From: Trueperaceae bacterium | Lineage (GTDB): Bacteria; Deinococcota; Deinococci; Deinococcales; Trueperaceae | NCBI GenBank assembly: GCA_965213925.1 | Contig: OZ243927.1 | Coordinates: 3,808,001 to 3,872,000 of the forward strand | DNA length: 64,000 nucleotides | Direction: 5' to 3' | Shown: positions 52,305 through 61,990 of the stretch, in pieces | Layout: each line of letters starts with the position of its first letter | Numbering within the stretch: position 1 is the stretch's first letter | Position numbers and translations under genes: made by a program | The notes under the pieces: generated by a model | What the model saw: the letters and a program-made list of their open reading frames with translations, nothing else | What the model was told of the DNA's origin: nothing | The model's database searches: none

Positions 52305-53240
52305 GTGTTGCGTTTTATTCTCTTCATCCTCACCGGGCTTCTTCTCCTCACGTCGCTCAGCGGCGCGGAAGAGGTCGTTTCGCTGCCGCGCACCGTGCTA
52401 GGCACCCTAAACCCTGAGCTGTTCGACGAGGCGAGCGGGGTCGCGGTGTCGCAGCGTTTTCCGGGTCGGCTCTACCACGTGAACGACTCGGGCAGTCGCG
52501 GCTTCAACTTCTTCTATACGGACCTTGACGGAACTGATTTGGGCGAAACTCAAATTAACGATGTAAAGCGCGCGGGCAAAGACGTCGAGGAGTTGACGCT
52601 CGGACCGTGCGGCGAGCTGAGCTGCCTCTACATAGGCAACATCGGCGACAACCAGCGCGAGCGGAAGAATATCGACGTGGTGTACGTCGCGGAAGAGGAG
52701 GTGTACGAAAAACGCACCGACTTCTGGAAACACCTCAAGCTGATCTTTCCCGACGGCCATCACGACGCCGAAGCGATGGCGGTGCATCCGAACGGCGACC
52801 TCTACATCCTCACGAAGTCGTGGCGCGCCTACCTGCTCGTCCCGGCTCCGGCGCGGCTCTACAAGATTTCTCACGAGCGCATCGCGGCTGCGCCCGACGC
52901 CGAGCCGCAGACGCTCACTTTCGTCGGCGAGCTGGACCTCGTCAAACTCGGCGACAGGATCTTGGGTAGCGTCGCGACCTCGATGGACATCGCGCCTGAC
53001 GGCAGCAAACTTCTAATCCTGACCTATTGGGGCGCTTTGGAGTTCTACACCGACCTCTCCAAGAAACCGCTAAAAGACAGTGACGCGTTGGTCAAAGGGC
53101 GAGACTACGCCGTGCTTGACATCGCGCCGCTCCCGCAGCAAGAAGCGGTGGCGTACCTGCCGAACGGACGCGACTTCATCTACACGACGGAGCAGCGTAT
53201 CGACTATAAAGTTGCTGAAATCGCTAAGGTCGAAAGGTGA
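52305..53240 (+). CDS. Secreted beta-propeller-like hypothetical protein
   Basis: Signal peptide; EASG, VNDSG, DVEE, IGNIGDN, DAEAM, YILTK and QQEAV. Confidence 0.7.
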   Translation: MLRFILFILTGLLLLTSLSGAEEVVSLPRTVLGTLNPELFDEASGVAVSQRFPGRLYHVNDSGSRGFNFFYTDLDGTDLGETQINDVKRAGKDVEELTLGPCGELSCLYIGNIGDNQRERKNIDVVYVAEEEVYEKRTDFWKHLKLIFPDGHHDAEAMAVHPNGDLYILTKSWRAYLLVPAPARLYKISHERIAAAPDAEPQTLTFVGELDLVKLGDRILGSVATSMDIAPDGSKLLILTYWGALEFYTDLSKKPLKDSDALVKGRDYAVLDIAPLPQQEAVAYLPNGRDFIYTTEQRIDYKVAEIAKVER

Positions 53241-53274
53241 AACGAGAGGTCGCGAACGACCTCTCGTTCGGCGT

Positions 53275-54987
53275 CTAGTCGTAAGAAGCGTTCACCACAC
53301 CGTACGCCGCATGCTCGTCGCTGGGCAGGGGCACGTGCTCCGGTCCCTCGATGAGCTTGGCGAGGTGCGCTTTAAGCGCGTCTAGCCCTTGACCTGAAAC
53401 GGCGGAGACGCTCAGCGCGTCGTAGCGCTCTTCTAATTGGCAGAGCGTCGTTTGGTCCGCTAAATCGGCTTTATTGAGCACGACGGTACGTTCGACCTCG
53501 AGCCCCAACTCGTCCAAAATACGGTTCACGGCGTGCGCCCTGTCGGGTGCGCCCGGCGTCGCCGCGTCCACGACGTGCACGAGGATGTCAGCGTCGTGCA
53601 ACTCCTCCAAAGTGGCGCGGAAGGCGTTCACAAGCTCGTCCGGCAGGTCGCGGATAAACCCTACTGTATCGGTGTAGAGGACTTTCGCGCCCCACTCGCC
53701 CAAGGCGGGCAGCCAGCCTTCACGGGTGGTCGGGCGGAGCGTGGCGAAGAGCTTGTTTTGGCTCAACACTTCGGACTTCGAGACCGCGTTGAAGAGCGTA
53801 GATTTGCCCGCGTTCGTGTAGCCGACGAGAGCGATCACCGGCACTTCGGACTGCGTGCGCCCCTTGCGCTTCTCGCTGCGTCGTTTGGAGATGTCGTCCA
53901 CTTCTCCCTCCAACGCCGTGATGCGGTCGCGGATGCGGCGGCGGTCGACCTCGAGCTTCGTCTCACCGGGACCTCTCGTGCCGATCCCGCCCCCCAGTCG
54001 GCTCATCGCCTGCCCTCGCCCGGCTAGCCGCGTCACCTGATACTGAAGCTGCGCCAGCTCGACTTGCACCTGCGCCTCGCGCCCCTGCGCGTTCTGCGCG
54101 AAGATGTCCAAGATGAGCTGCGTGCGGTCTAAGACCTTGAGTTTGGTCTCCTCGGCGATCTCGCGCGCCTGCGCGGGGTTGAGTTCGCGGTCGAAAATCA
54201 AGAGGTCGGCGTCCTCGTGGTACGCCTTTGAGACCAGCTCCTGCAGCTTGCCGCGCCCAATGAGCGTGCGCGGGTCGGGACTGCTACGCTGCTGCTTGCT
54301 CATCACAGCGACCGTCGCGCCGGCGCTCCTGGCAAGTTCGGCGAGTTCGTCCAAGCGGGCGTCGCTCTCAAAGGCGCTCTCGCCCGTGTTGAGCCCGATC
54401 AACACCGCGCGCTCTTGTGAGGTGCGCGTGGTCTCGCGGGCGTTCGCGCTTCGCGCCAGTTCCTCTTCCAACGAGCGGATGAGGTCTAAGATGTCGAGCC
54501 CTTCCGCCTCGCGGATGCGCATGGGCGGCTCGACAAGCCAGTCCTCTTCCGAAGAGGTCGGCGGCGCGACTTGGGCGAAATGCACGTCGCCGAGTTCCGT
54601 GCTGCCCTTGCTGTTTTCGAAAACGTCCACCGCGATCACCGCGTCTAAGCGGTTCAGAAAGAGCGCCGAGAGGTCGCCCCCTGAGAGCCCGCCCGGTTTG
54701 AGGTGCGTGTGGATGAGCCGCAGCCCATAGAGGCGTGACTCGGCTTCGCCCGCGAGCGGGGGTAGCGGCGTCTCTTGCGCGTCACCTACCGCGACGGTGA
54801 CGACGCGCCCGCGTCTATCGACTAAGACGGAGACGGGTTTGTTCAGTTCGAGCGACAGCTCGCCCAAGGCTCGTGCGAGTTCTAGGCTCACCGCCATGCT
54901 CGGCTCTAATTTGCGGCGGTAGAGGTTGCTGAGGCGTTTGACTTGATTCTTTTTGAGACCTGAGAGTTTGCCGTGGACTTTGTTAAT
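53275..54987 (-). CDS. hflX: GTPase HflX (long form), probable ATT start
   Basis: HTH.., LDRTQLILDIFA, GTRGPGETKLE, GYTNAGKST, DTVGF and NKAD. GAGGAG lies 6 nt before ATT. Confidence 0.9.
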   Translation of the reverse strand: MNKVHGKLSGLKKNQVKRLSNLYRRKLEPSMAVSLELARALGELSLELNKPVSVLVDRRGRVVTVAVGDAQETPLPPLAGEAESRLYGLRLIHTHLKPGGLSGGDLSALFLNRLDAVIAVDVFENSKGSTELGDVHFAQVAPPTSSEEDWLVEPPMRIREAEGLDILDLIRSLEEELARSANARETTRTSQERAVLIGLNTGESAFESDARLDELAELARSAGATVAVMSKQQRSSPDPRTLIGRGKLQELVSKAYHEDADLLIFDRELNPAQAREIAEETKLKVLDRTQLILDIFAQNAQGREAQVQVELAQLQYQVTRLAGRGQAMSRLGGGIGTRGPGETKLEVDRRRIRDRITALEGEVDDISKRRSEKRKGRTQSEVPVIALVGYTNAGKSTLFNAVSKSEVLSQNKLFATLRPTTREGWLPALGEWGAKVLYTDTVGFIRDLPDELVNAFRATLEELHDADILVHVVDAATPGAPDRAHAVNRILDELGLEVERTVVLNKADLADQTTLCQLEERYDALSVSAVSGQGLDALKAHLAKLIEGPEHVPLPSDEHAAYGVVNASYD

Positions 54988-55370
54988 GAGACACTCCTCG
55001 GTGGCAGGTATTGTCCGGTCGCAGGCGACCCAAGAGGACAGGGCTTCGCTTAGCATTCACCACGGACAATACCTGCGTGACTAAATTAGTAGCTGTGAGA
55101 GCTAAGCAGTCTCGTTGCTCTTCCGACTTGGAAGAACAACCTGGATGAATTGAGTTTTCTAAAGGGAAACCAGCAGAAGAGGGGGCGGCAAAGCCCAGCG
55201 CAGCGAGAGACAGAGCCTTTATGATCGGCTCCTCTGAAGTGCGGGCTTAAAAGCCAAAAGTCAACCTCTTGATCATGATGGGTCTATTATAGCGCATTTT
55301 TGATGGGCAAGGGTGCAAAGATGAACTTTTCCGTTCCTTAGTGTTGATGGGCTTGCTAGGCTGCGAGGTA

Positions 55371-56198
55371 GTGAAACGGTTCCTTTTGATCTCCTTTTTG
55401 CTCCTCTGCAACTTTGCTCAAGCGCAGACTGTCTCGGCGATTAAGCGCGCAGGAGCGACCTTCCCCTCGCTGCAAGAGGTGGCGCGGGCGGCGGGGTACA
55501 GCTCGAGCGCGAGCGCGGGCGGCTTGACCGTGCGTGCGCCAGCGGGCATCCTCACGGTATTCGTAGGTTCGCCCGACGTGCTGTGGCAGGGTGCTCAAGG
55601 CAGACGGCAAGAGGACAGCGCCAGCCTCTCTGCGCCGGTCGCCGAAGGGTGGTACGCGCCGCCCGACGCCTTTGCGCTCCTCAATATTAAGGTGACTGAG
55701 GAGAGCGTGACGTTACCTGATGGAAAAACGTTGCGTGTGCGGGTTCGCACGCCCTCTTTACCGCGTCAGAGCAACAATGCAGAGGTCATTTCGTTGGGGC
55801 GCGGGGTGTCGGGGTTGATGCTGTACGGACGGGGTCCCACCCGCGCCGAGACCTCTTTACTCTTAGTCGACGCCGGACTCCTCTCCCTCGCCCTGCCGAA
55901 CGAACGCCTCGCTCTGGACGGGTTTTTAGACGAGGTAGAAGGCTATAGACCGCTCTACTTCGTCGCCAGCTCGCTCGCGCCGACCTCTTGGCAAGCCGAC
56001 GTGACCTTCTCGCAAGGAGGGCAGCGCTTCACGGCGAAAGCTCCTTTTAACCTGAGCGTTTTAGAAGGCGACACGGGACAACTGAGCCCGGACGCCCCTG
56101 CTTCGGGCGTCATTTTGCTGCCGCAGTGGGTCAGCTTGCGCGAACCTCTCTCGGTGAGTTGGATGGGCGCGGTGGGAAACTTTCAGTTTCGGCGCTGA
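55371..56198 (+). CDS. Hypothetical secreted protein
   Basis: MKRFLLISFLLLCNFAQA-Q signal peptide; GAGG before GTG. Confidence 0.7.
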   Translation: MKRFLLISFLLLCNFAQAQTVSAIKRAGATFPSLQEVARAAGYSSSASAGGLTVRAPAGILTVFVGSPDVLWQGAQGRRQEDSASLSAPVAEGWYAPPDAFALLNIKVTEESVTLPDGKTLRVRVRTPSLPRQSNNAEVISLGRGVSGLMLYGRGPTRAETSLLLVDAGLLSLALPNERLALDGFLDEVEGYRPLYFVASSLAPTSWQADVTFSQGGQRFTAKAPFNLSVLEGDTGQLSPDAPASGVILLPQWVSLREPLSVSWMGAVGNFQFRR

Positions 56199-56414
56199 CG
56201 TCCTCCGTATTTCTACGCTATCTCTACGCTTTGTTACACGAGTGACTGTGCCACTTCTCCCGTGCGAAACATCGAGTTTAGACCTCTTCTGTAGTGATGC
56301 CAACCGCGCGACGCTTGCCTAAGTAAGAACACGCCGAGACACCTCACACCCTCTTCGTATGTCTACCGACGCACCCCCATTTTCTCGTCTGCTAGACTTG
56401 ACTTTGGCATGAGC

Positions 56415-56568
56415 CATCCTTCAGGGCGGGGCGAAATTCCCCACCGGCGGTGATCGCAACGCTTAGATGAGTCTGCGTCAGTCCGCGAAGCCTGAATAAC
56501 CTAATTCCTTCAGGCCCGACTCGGTGAAAACCCGAGACCGACGGTTACAGTCCGGATGAGAGAAGGAG
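56415..56568 (+). ncRNA. FMN riboswitch (RFN element)
   Basis: TTCAGGGCGGGGCGAAATTCCCCACCGGCGGT..GTCCGCGA..CGGTGAAAACCCG.GACCGACGGT.ACAGTCCGGATGAGAGAAG. Confidence 0.95.
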
Positions 56569-56751
56569 GACGCTAGTCTGTACCTGCAGGCTAGTGATAG
56601 ATATGTATGTACCTAGACAACTGGGTATTTTGTCGTGTCGTCAGAAGAGGCTGCGCGGCTTTTTAACAAGGCTCGAGCGTTCGACCTGGATACGCGGAGT
56701 CTACTCGGCTGCGGTCTTACCCTATGCGCCGCGTTACTCGGAGAGACGCCC

Positions 56752-57246
56752 GTGAAGCGCGTAGAAGCTGACCTCATCACGAAAGATTTGAAGGTTGCGG
56801 TGGTGGCGACGCGCTGGAATCACTTCATCGTCGACCGTTTAGTCGAGGGGACGCGCACGGCGTTCGTGCAGCACGGGGGGGATGACGATAAGCTCGAGCT
56901 GTTCATCGCTCCCGGCTCCTTCGAGCTGCCTTTAGTCGCCCAGAGGCTCGCCGCAACAGAAAAGTACGACGCCATCGTCTGCCTCGGCGCGGTGATTCGC
57001 GGCGCAACGGACCACTACGACTTCGTCGCGGGCGGCGCGAGTTCGTCTCTCGCCAGACTCAACCTAGACGCGGGCGTGCCCGTCGCGTTTGGCATTCTGA
57101 CGACGGACACCATTGAACAAGCGATCGAGCGAGCCGGAACGAAAGCGGGCAATAAAGGTGTGGAAGCCTTGTTAGCTGCTGTCGAAACTGCCAACTTGCT
57201 GCGTAAAATCGACGCGCTAGAACAGTCAGAACAAGAGGTGGATTAG
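56752..57246 (+). CDS. ribH: 6,7-dimethyl-8-ribityllumazine synthase
   Basis: VATRWN, PGSFELP, LGAVIRGATDHY and ERAGTKAGNKG. GGAGAG RBS before GTG. Confidence 0.93.
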   Translation: MKRVEADLITKDLKVAVVATRWNHFIVDRLVEGTRTAFVQHGGDDDKLELFIAPGSFELPLVAQRLAATEKYDAIVCLGAVIRGATDHYDFVAGGASSSLARLNLDAGVPVAFGILTTDTIEQAIERAGTKAGNKGVEALLAAVETANLLRKIDALEQSEQEVD

Positions 57247-57960
57247 ATGTTTACGGGCATCGTAGAAGAGGTCGGTCAGGTCGTCAAGGTCGAAGAGGTC
57301 GCCCGAAGAGCGGGCAGCGACGTGCGCGTTAGCGTTCAAGCAGAAGAGGTTTTAGAAGGTCTAGCGCTAGGTGACTCTATCGCAGTTTCAGGTTGCTGTC
57401 TTACAGTCGTGGCGCACAGCGCCGACACCTTTGCCGTCGAACTTTCCAAAGAGACGGTGGCAAAAACCGCGCCTCGTTGGCGAGCGGGGGCGCGGGTCAA
57501 CTTAGAGCGTGCCATGAAAGCCTACGGCCGTTTCGGAGGACACATGGTCAGCGGACATGTCGAGGCGCTAGGCGAAGTTTTAGACGTCCGCAAAGAAGCG
57601 GGCGCGTTCGTCATCACGGTTCGAGCCGACGCAAAACTTGCGCGTTACCTTATCCCTAAAGGAAGCATCACGGTAGACGGCGTGAGCTTGACGGCGGTGG
57701 ACGTGGGCGGTCCAGCTGGCTCCGATGCTGAGCTATCCGCGAACGAATTCACGCTCTGGCTTATTCCGCATACCTTAGAGGTCACGACGTTGGGCGAGTT
57801 GGAGAGCGGAAGCAAGGTCAACTTAGAGGCTGACCTTGTTGCGAAATATTTAGAGCGACTCACGCTTATGCGCGACGCGGAAGGAACAGCGGACGAAACG
57901 AAACAGAAGCGTCCGAAAAAAGAGAAGCGGGACCCAGGGAAGAGCCACTATGTCGCCTAA
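57247..57960 (+). CDS. ribE: Riboflavin synthase
   Basis: [33 protein letters not shown] and [12 protein letters not shown]. Confidence 0.95.
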   Translation: MFTGIVEEVGQVVKVEEVARRAGSDVRVSVQAEEVLEGLALGDSIAVSGCCLTVVAHSADTFAVELSKETVAKTAPRWRAGARVNLERAMKAYGRFGGHMVSGHVEALGEVLDVRKEAGAFVITVRADAKLARYLIPKGSITVDGVSLTAVDVGGPAGSDAELSANEFTLWLIPHTLEVTTLGELESGSKVNLEADLVAKYLERLTLMRDAEGTADETKQKRPKKEKRDPGKSHYVA

Positions 57961-59173
57961 TATGTCGCCTGAACATCCTGATCTCTCCTCTATCCCTGAC
58001 ATCCTGACTGACCTACGAAGGGGCAAGCCCGTCATCATCGTAGACGATGAAGACCGTGAAAACGAGGGCGACCTCATCGTTCCGGCGGAAACGGTCACGT
58101 CCAAGATTATCGCCTTTATGATTCGGCATACAGGCGGCGTGATCTGCCTGGCTATGGAAAACGCTTTAGCCGACCATTTAGAGCTGCCGCCGATGGTACG
58201 ACACAATACGGCGCGGCGCAGCACGGCGTATACGGTCTCCATTGAGGCGCGTGAGGGTATGGATACAGGCATCTCCGCGAAAGACCGCGCCACCACAATT
58301 CTTGCGGCGGTGAAAGAAGGCGTGACCGCCGCCGACCTCGCTCGCCCTGGTCACGTCTTCCCACTTCGTGCAAGAAATGGCGGCGTTTTGCGCCGCGCGG
58401 GACACACCGAAGCGGCGGTAGACCTCGCGAAGTTAGCAGGCTTCAAACCTGCCGGGGCCATCAGCGAACTCATCCACGACGACGGCGAGATGATGCGCCT
58501 GCCTGCGATTTTAGAGTTCGCTAAGGAGCACGACCTCAAGGTCGGGACGATTGCCGACCTCATCGCCTACCGCTTGCGCGGCGACGGTTTCGTCAAGCGC
58601 GTCGCCTCGGCTAAGCTCCCGACGCCCTGGGCGACGTTTACCCTGCACGGCTACCAAGATGAGGTCAACCCCACCGAACACCTCGCGCTTTCCCTCGGTG
58701 ACGTGCGCGGCGAGGAGCCCGTCTTGGTGCGGATGCATTCGGAGTGCATGACGGGCGACGCCTTACACAGTTTGCGCTGTGACTGCGGCTTTCAGCGCGA
58801 CGCCGCTCTAAAGATGATCGCTGATAAAGGACGCGGCGTGTTGGTCTATCTGCGCCAAGAGGGGCGCGGCATCGGACTGCTCAATAAAATCAAAGCTTAC
58901 GCGCTGCAAGATGAGGGCTCGGATACGGTGGAGGCGAACGAGCAGTTGGGCTTCGCGCCCGACCTTAGAGACTACGGTGTCGGGGCGCAGATGTTGCACG
59001 ACTTGGGGGTGGCGCGGCTCGAGCTACTCACCAACAACCCCCGCAAAGTCGTCGCGCTAGAGGGCTACGGCATCGAAATCGCCGGGCGCGTGCCGCTCCA
59101 CGTCGGCGAAAATCCGTACAACGAGCGCTATTTGGCGACGAAGGTGGAGAAGTTGGGGCATCTGAGCGATTAG
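57950..59173 (+). CDS. ribBA: Bifunctional DHBP synthase / GTP cyclohydrolase II
   Basis: [38 protein letters not shown] and RQEGRGIG. Confidence 0.95.
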   Translation: MSPNMSPEHPDLSSIPDILTDLRRGKPVIIVDDEDRENEGDLIVPAETVTSKIIAFMIRHTGGVICLAMENALADHLELPPMVRHNTARRSTAYTVSIEAREGMDTGISAKDRATTILAAVKEGVTAADLARPGHVFPLRARNGGVLRRAGHTEAAVDLAKLAGFKPAGAISELIHDDGEMMRLPAILEFAKEHDLKVGTIADLIAYRLRGDGFVKRVASAKLPTPWATFTLHGYQDEVNPTEHLALSLGDVRGEEPVLVRMHSECMTGDALHSLRCDCGFQRDAALKMIADKGRGVLVYLRQEGRGIGLLNKIKAYALQDEGSDTVEANEQLGFAPDLRDYGVGAQMLHDLGVARLELLTNNPRKVVALEGYGIEIAGRVPLHVGENPYNERYLATKVEKLGHLSD

Positions 59174-59191
59174 CCGAGGATTAGACCTAAT

Positions 59192-59527
59192 ATGAGCAGA
59201 CCTCTTTATATTTACGTGGATGTTGACGAAACGCTGGTCAGAAATTATGGCGCGAAACGTATACCTATGCCGAGTGTTATCAAGCACGTCAAAAACCTCC
59301 ATGAGCAGGGCGCGGTTCTGTACTGCTGGAGTTCTGGCGGTGCTGACTATGCCCGTGATTTCGCTAGGGAGCTGGGTATCGAAAGTGCCTTCGAAGCGTT
59401 CTTGCCTAAACCTCAGATCTTGCTTGATGACGTGAAGCTCGCAAACTGGCGTATTTTGAAAGAGATTCACCCGAATGCCTGCGAAGGTTATTTGCTCGAG
59501 GACTATCGCTCACTCCTCTTCGGTTGA
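59192..59527 (+). CDS. Minimal capless HAD-superfamily protein
   Basis: Motif I YVDVDETL, motif II WSS, motif III LPKP and motif IV LLDD. Confidence 0.75.
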   Translation: MSRPLYIYVDVDETLVRNYGAKRIPMPSVIKHVKNLHEQGAVLYCWSSGGADYARDFARELGIESAFEAFLPKPQILLDDVKLANWRILKEIHPNACEGYLLEDYRSLLFG

Positions 59528-59623
59528 GTAGGGGCGGGTTTGAAACCCGTCCCTATACAGCGCCGCTAGACATTCACATATGAACGCAACGTGACGTAGG
59601 GGTGATTCATGAATCACCCCTAC
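59528..59623. repeat. Two GTAG-type REP-like palindromes between convergent genes
   Basis: GTAGGGGCGGGTTTGAAACCCGTCCCTAT and the perfect GTAGGGGTGATTCATGAATCACCCCTAC. Confidence 0.75.
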
Positions 59624-59651
59624 GCAACTCGGTTCGTACTAAACGGAGCGC

Positions 59652-61223
59652 CTAGTCGCTCGCGCCCTGACTCGCCCCTTGCAACTGCTGCCGCTCCGCC
59701 TGCGTCTTGATTTCGCCGCTTTGGATGCGCTCCCAGTAGGAGTTGAGCGCCGTCTTGATTTCAGGCGCGAGAATATAGAGCCCGATGACGTTCGGGAGAG
59801 ACATGAGGAAGATCATCGAGTCGGAGAAGGCTAAGACCGCGTCCAAGCTGATAGTTGCGCCCAAAACGACGAACACGCAGAAGATGGCTTTGTAAATGTT
59901 CTCTTTCATCGCGCCCTCGCCGAAGAGGTACGTCGTCGCTTTCACGCCGTAGTACGACCACGAGAGCATGGTGGAGAAGGCGAACAAGATCACGGCGAGC
60001 GCGAGGATGTAGGGGAACCAGCTTATGTTCGCCGCGAACGCCGCCGAGGTGAGTTGCACGCCGCCCAGGTCGCCTTGGGTGTAGACCCCGGTGATCACGA
60101 TAATGAGCGCCGTCATGGTGCAGACGACAACCGTGTCGATGAAAGGCTCGTGCAGCGCGACCAAGCCTTCGGTAATAGGCTCATCCGTTTGCACGGCGGA
60201 GTGGGCGATGGCTGAGGAGCCAAGACCCGCCTCGTTGGAGAACGCGGCGCGGCGGAAACCCTGGATGAGCACGCCGACGAAGCCGCCCGTGATGCCTGCG
60301 CCCGTGAACGCGCCCGTAAAAATCGCGCCGAACGCCTCCGGAATCTGTTGGTAGTTCGCGATGAGGATAACCAGCGCCGCGAGTACGTACGTGATGCCCA
60401 TGAAAGGCACGATTTTCTCAGTGACCTTCGCGATGCTCTTGATGCCGCCGATAATGACGATACCGATAAGAATTGCCACGATGATGCCGAAGAGCCAGCC
60501 CTTGTCCGCCCACCAGGACGCCTGGTCGCCTGTGACATTGACGAGCTGCTGAAACGCTTGGTTTGACTGAAAAGCGTTGCCACCCCCGAGTGACGCGCCG
60601 ATGCAGCAGATGGCGAAGAAGGTCGCTAGACCCTTACCTAGCCCCTCTCTTCCCTTGCCCGCCAATCCCTTGCTGAGGTAGTGCATCGGTCCGCCCGAGA
60701 CGCTGCCATCCTCGTTCTCGCGGCGGTACTTGACGCCTAGTGTGCACTCGACAAACTTCGTCGCCATGCTAAAAAGTCCAGCGACGATCATCCAGAAGGT
60801 CGCGCCCGGTCCGCCTAGTGAAATGGCGACCGCGACGCCCGCGATGTTGCCCAATCCGACGGTGCCCGAAAGCGCCGTAGCGAGCGCCTGAAAGTGCGTG
60901 ACCTCGCCCGCGTCGTCTTTGTTGTAGTAGTCACCGCGGATGAGCCGCCACGCCTGCGGGGTGGAGCGGAAGTTGATGAAGTTGAAGTAAAAGGTGAAAA
61001 AGATTGCCGCGACGATGAGCCACACGACGATGATAGGTAGTTCTGCGCCGCCGCCTATCGGAATAGCGAAGAAGACGATGGCGGAGAGGAAGTTGGCGGC
61101 GGGCGAGAGCACGTTGTTGATGGCTGCGTCGATGCCACCCCCGCCCTCCTCTTCCTGTGCAAACGCGGCTGCCATCATAAGCAGGCTCAGTAATACTGCA
61201 AGTAGTCTGTACGAATGTTTCAT
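59652..61223 (-). CDS. Alanine/glycine:cation symporter (AGCS family)
   Basis: HFQALATALSGTVGLGNIAGVA, GGPGATFWM, FSNEAGLGS and EPFIDTVVVCTMT. Confidence 0.93.
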   Translation of the reverse strand: MKHSYRLLAVLLSLLMMAAAFAQEEEGGGGIDAAINNVLSPAANFLSAIVFFAIPIGGGAELPIIVVWLIVAAIFFTFYFNFINFRSTPQAWRLIRGDYYNKDDAGEVTHFQALATALSGTVGLGNIAGVAVAISLGGPGATFWMIVAGLFSMATKFVECTLGVKYRRENEDGSVSGGPMHYLSKGLAGKGREGLGKGLATFFAICCIGASLGGGNAFQSNQAFQQLVNVTGDQASWWADKGWLFGIIVAILIGIVIIGGIKSIAKVTEKIVPFMGITYVLAALVILIANYQQIPEAFGAIFTGAFTGAGITGGFVGVLIQGFRRAAFSNEAGLGSSAIAHSAVQTDEPITEGLVALHEPFIDTVVVCTMTALIIVITGVYTQGDLGGVQLTSAAFAANISWFPYILALAVILFAFSTMLSWSYYGVKATTYLFGEGAMKENIYKAIFCVFVVLGATISLDAVLAFSDSMIFLMSLPNVIGLYILAPEIKTALNSYWERIQSGEIKTQAERQQLQGASQGASD

Positions 61224-61288
61224 CCATGACCTCCTATAAAAACTATGACCTACCTGTGCCGCGTGAGAGAGGGGTGCTGAGGCGTATA

Positions 61289-61717
61289 TCAAGGAACAAC
61301 CGTTACGGGGACGGGCGCAACCTGCAATATCTTATTGGTAATGCTGCCAAAAATCGCGGTTTCGAACCTCGTTCTTCCATGCCTTCCTATATAAATCTGA
61401 CTCGCCCCTTCCTCTTCGGCAACCTCCTTAAGAATGTTCGCCACATGACCAAAGTGCACCGACGTTTCGACGTCGACCTCTCTAGCTAAGCGCTCTTTAA
61501 GGGGCGTAAGGACGCTGTTGGCTCGCTCCTTCTCCTCTTCGCGGTCTTTGTGGCGCGTCTCAAGCTCTTCGGGCGTCAAAAAGGAATAGTTAGACCACTC
61601 GATCACCGCTGCAAGGTGCAGCATTGCACCTGTTTGCGCAGCGTGCTTAGCGGCAAAGTTCGCAGCGCGTTCGGCGTACTCACTACCGTCGATGCCAACT
61701 AATAAAGTTGCAGCCAT
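61289..61717 (-). CDS. Universal stress protein
   Basis: LVGIDGS, IGRHG..FGSITNKI..PVPVTVV. Confidence 0.9.
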   Translation of the reverse strand: MAATLLVGIDGSEYAERAANFAAKHAAQTGAMLHLAAVIEWSNYSFLTPEELETRHKDREEEKERANSVLTPLKERLAREVDVETSVHFGHVANILKEVAEEEGASQIYIGRHGRTRFETAIFGSITNKILQVAPVPVTVVP

Positions 61718-61867
61718 CTTTACCTCCTTTAGCCCAGTGTGTTGTAAGGAAGCGATTGTAAGGTGGGCTAATTTCGGTACTTTAACATAATCTTCACGAA
61801 AGGGGTCAATAGGTCGGGTTTGACTCGAGATGCCCTGAATACGACCTGAATATCTTTACAGTAAAGA

Positions 61868-61942
61868 AGTTGAAAGCAATGAGTGAAACTCTTTAGACTC
61901 ATTGCTCGCCGTTCGCCCAGCTCGACTGGGTTACTCATTGCC
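61868..61942. repeat. AGCAATG-heptamer element, copy 3
   Basis: AGTTGAAAGCAATGAGTGAAA..ACTCATTGCTC..ACTCATTGC. Confidence 0.7.
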
Positions 61943-61990
61943 ACAAATGTGGTTTGACTCACCTCGCCAATTTTATGTCATGCTAGTGCT

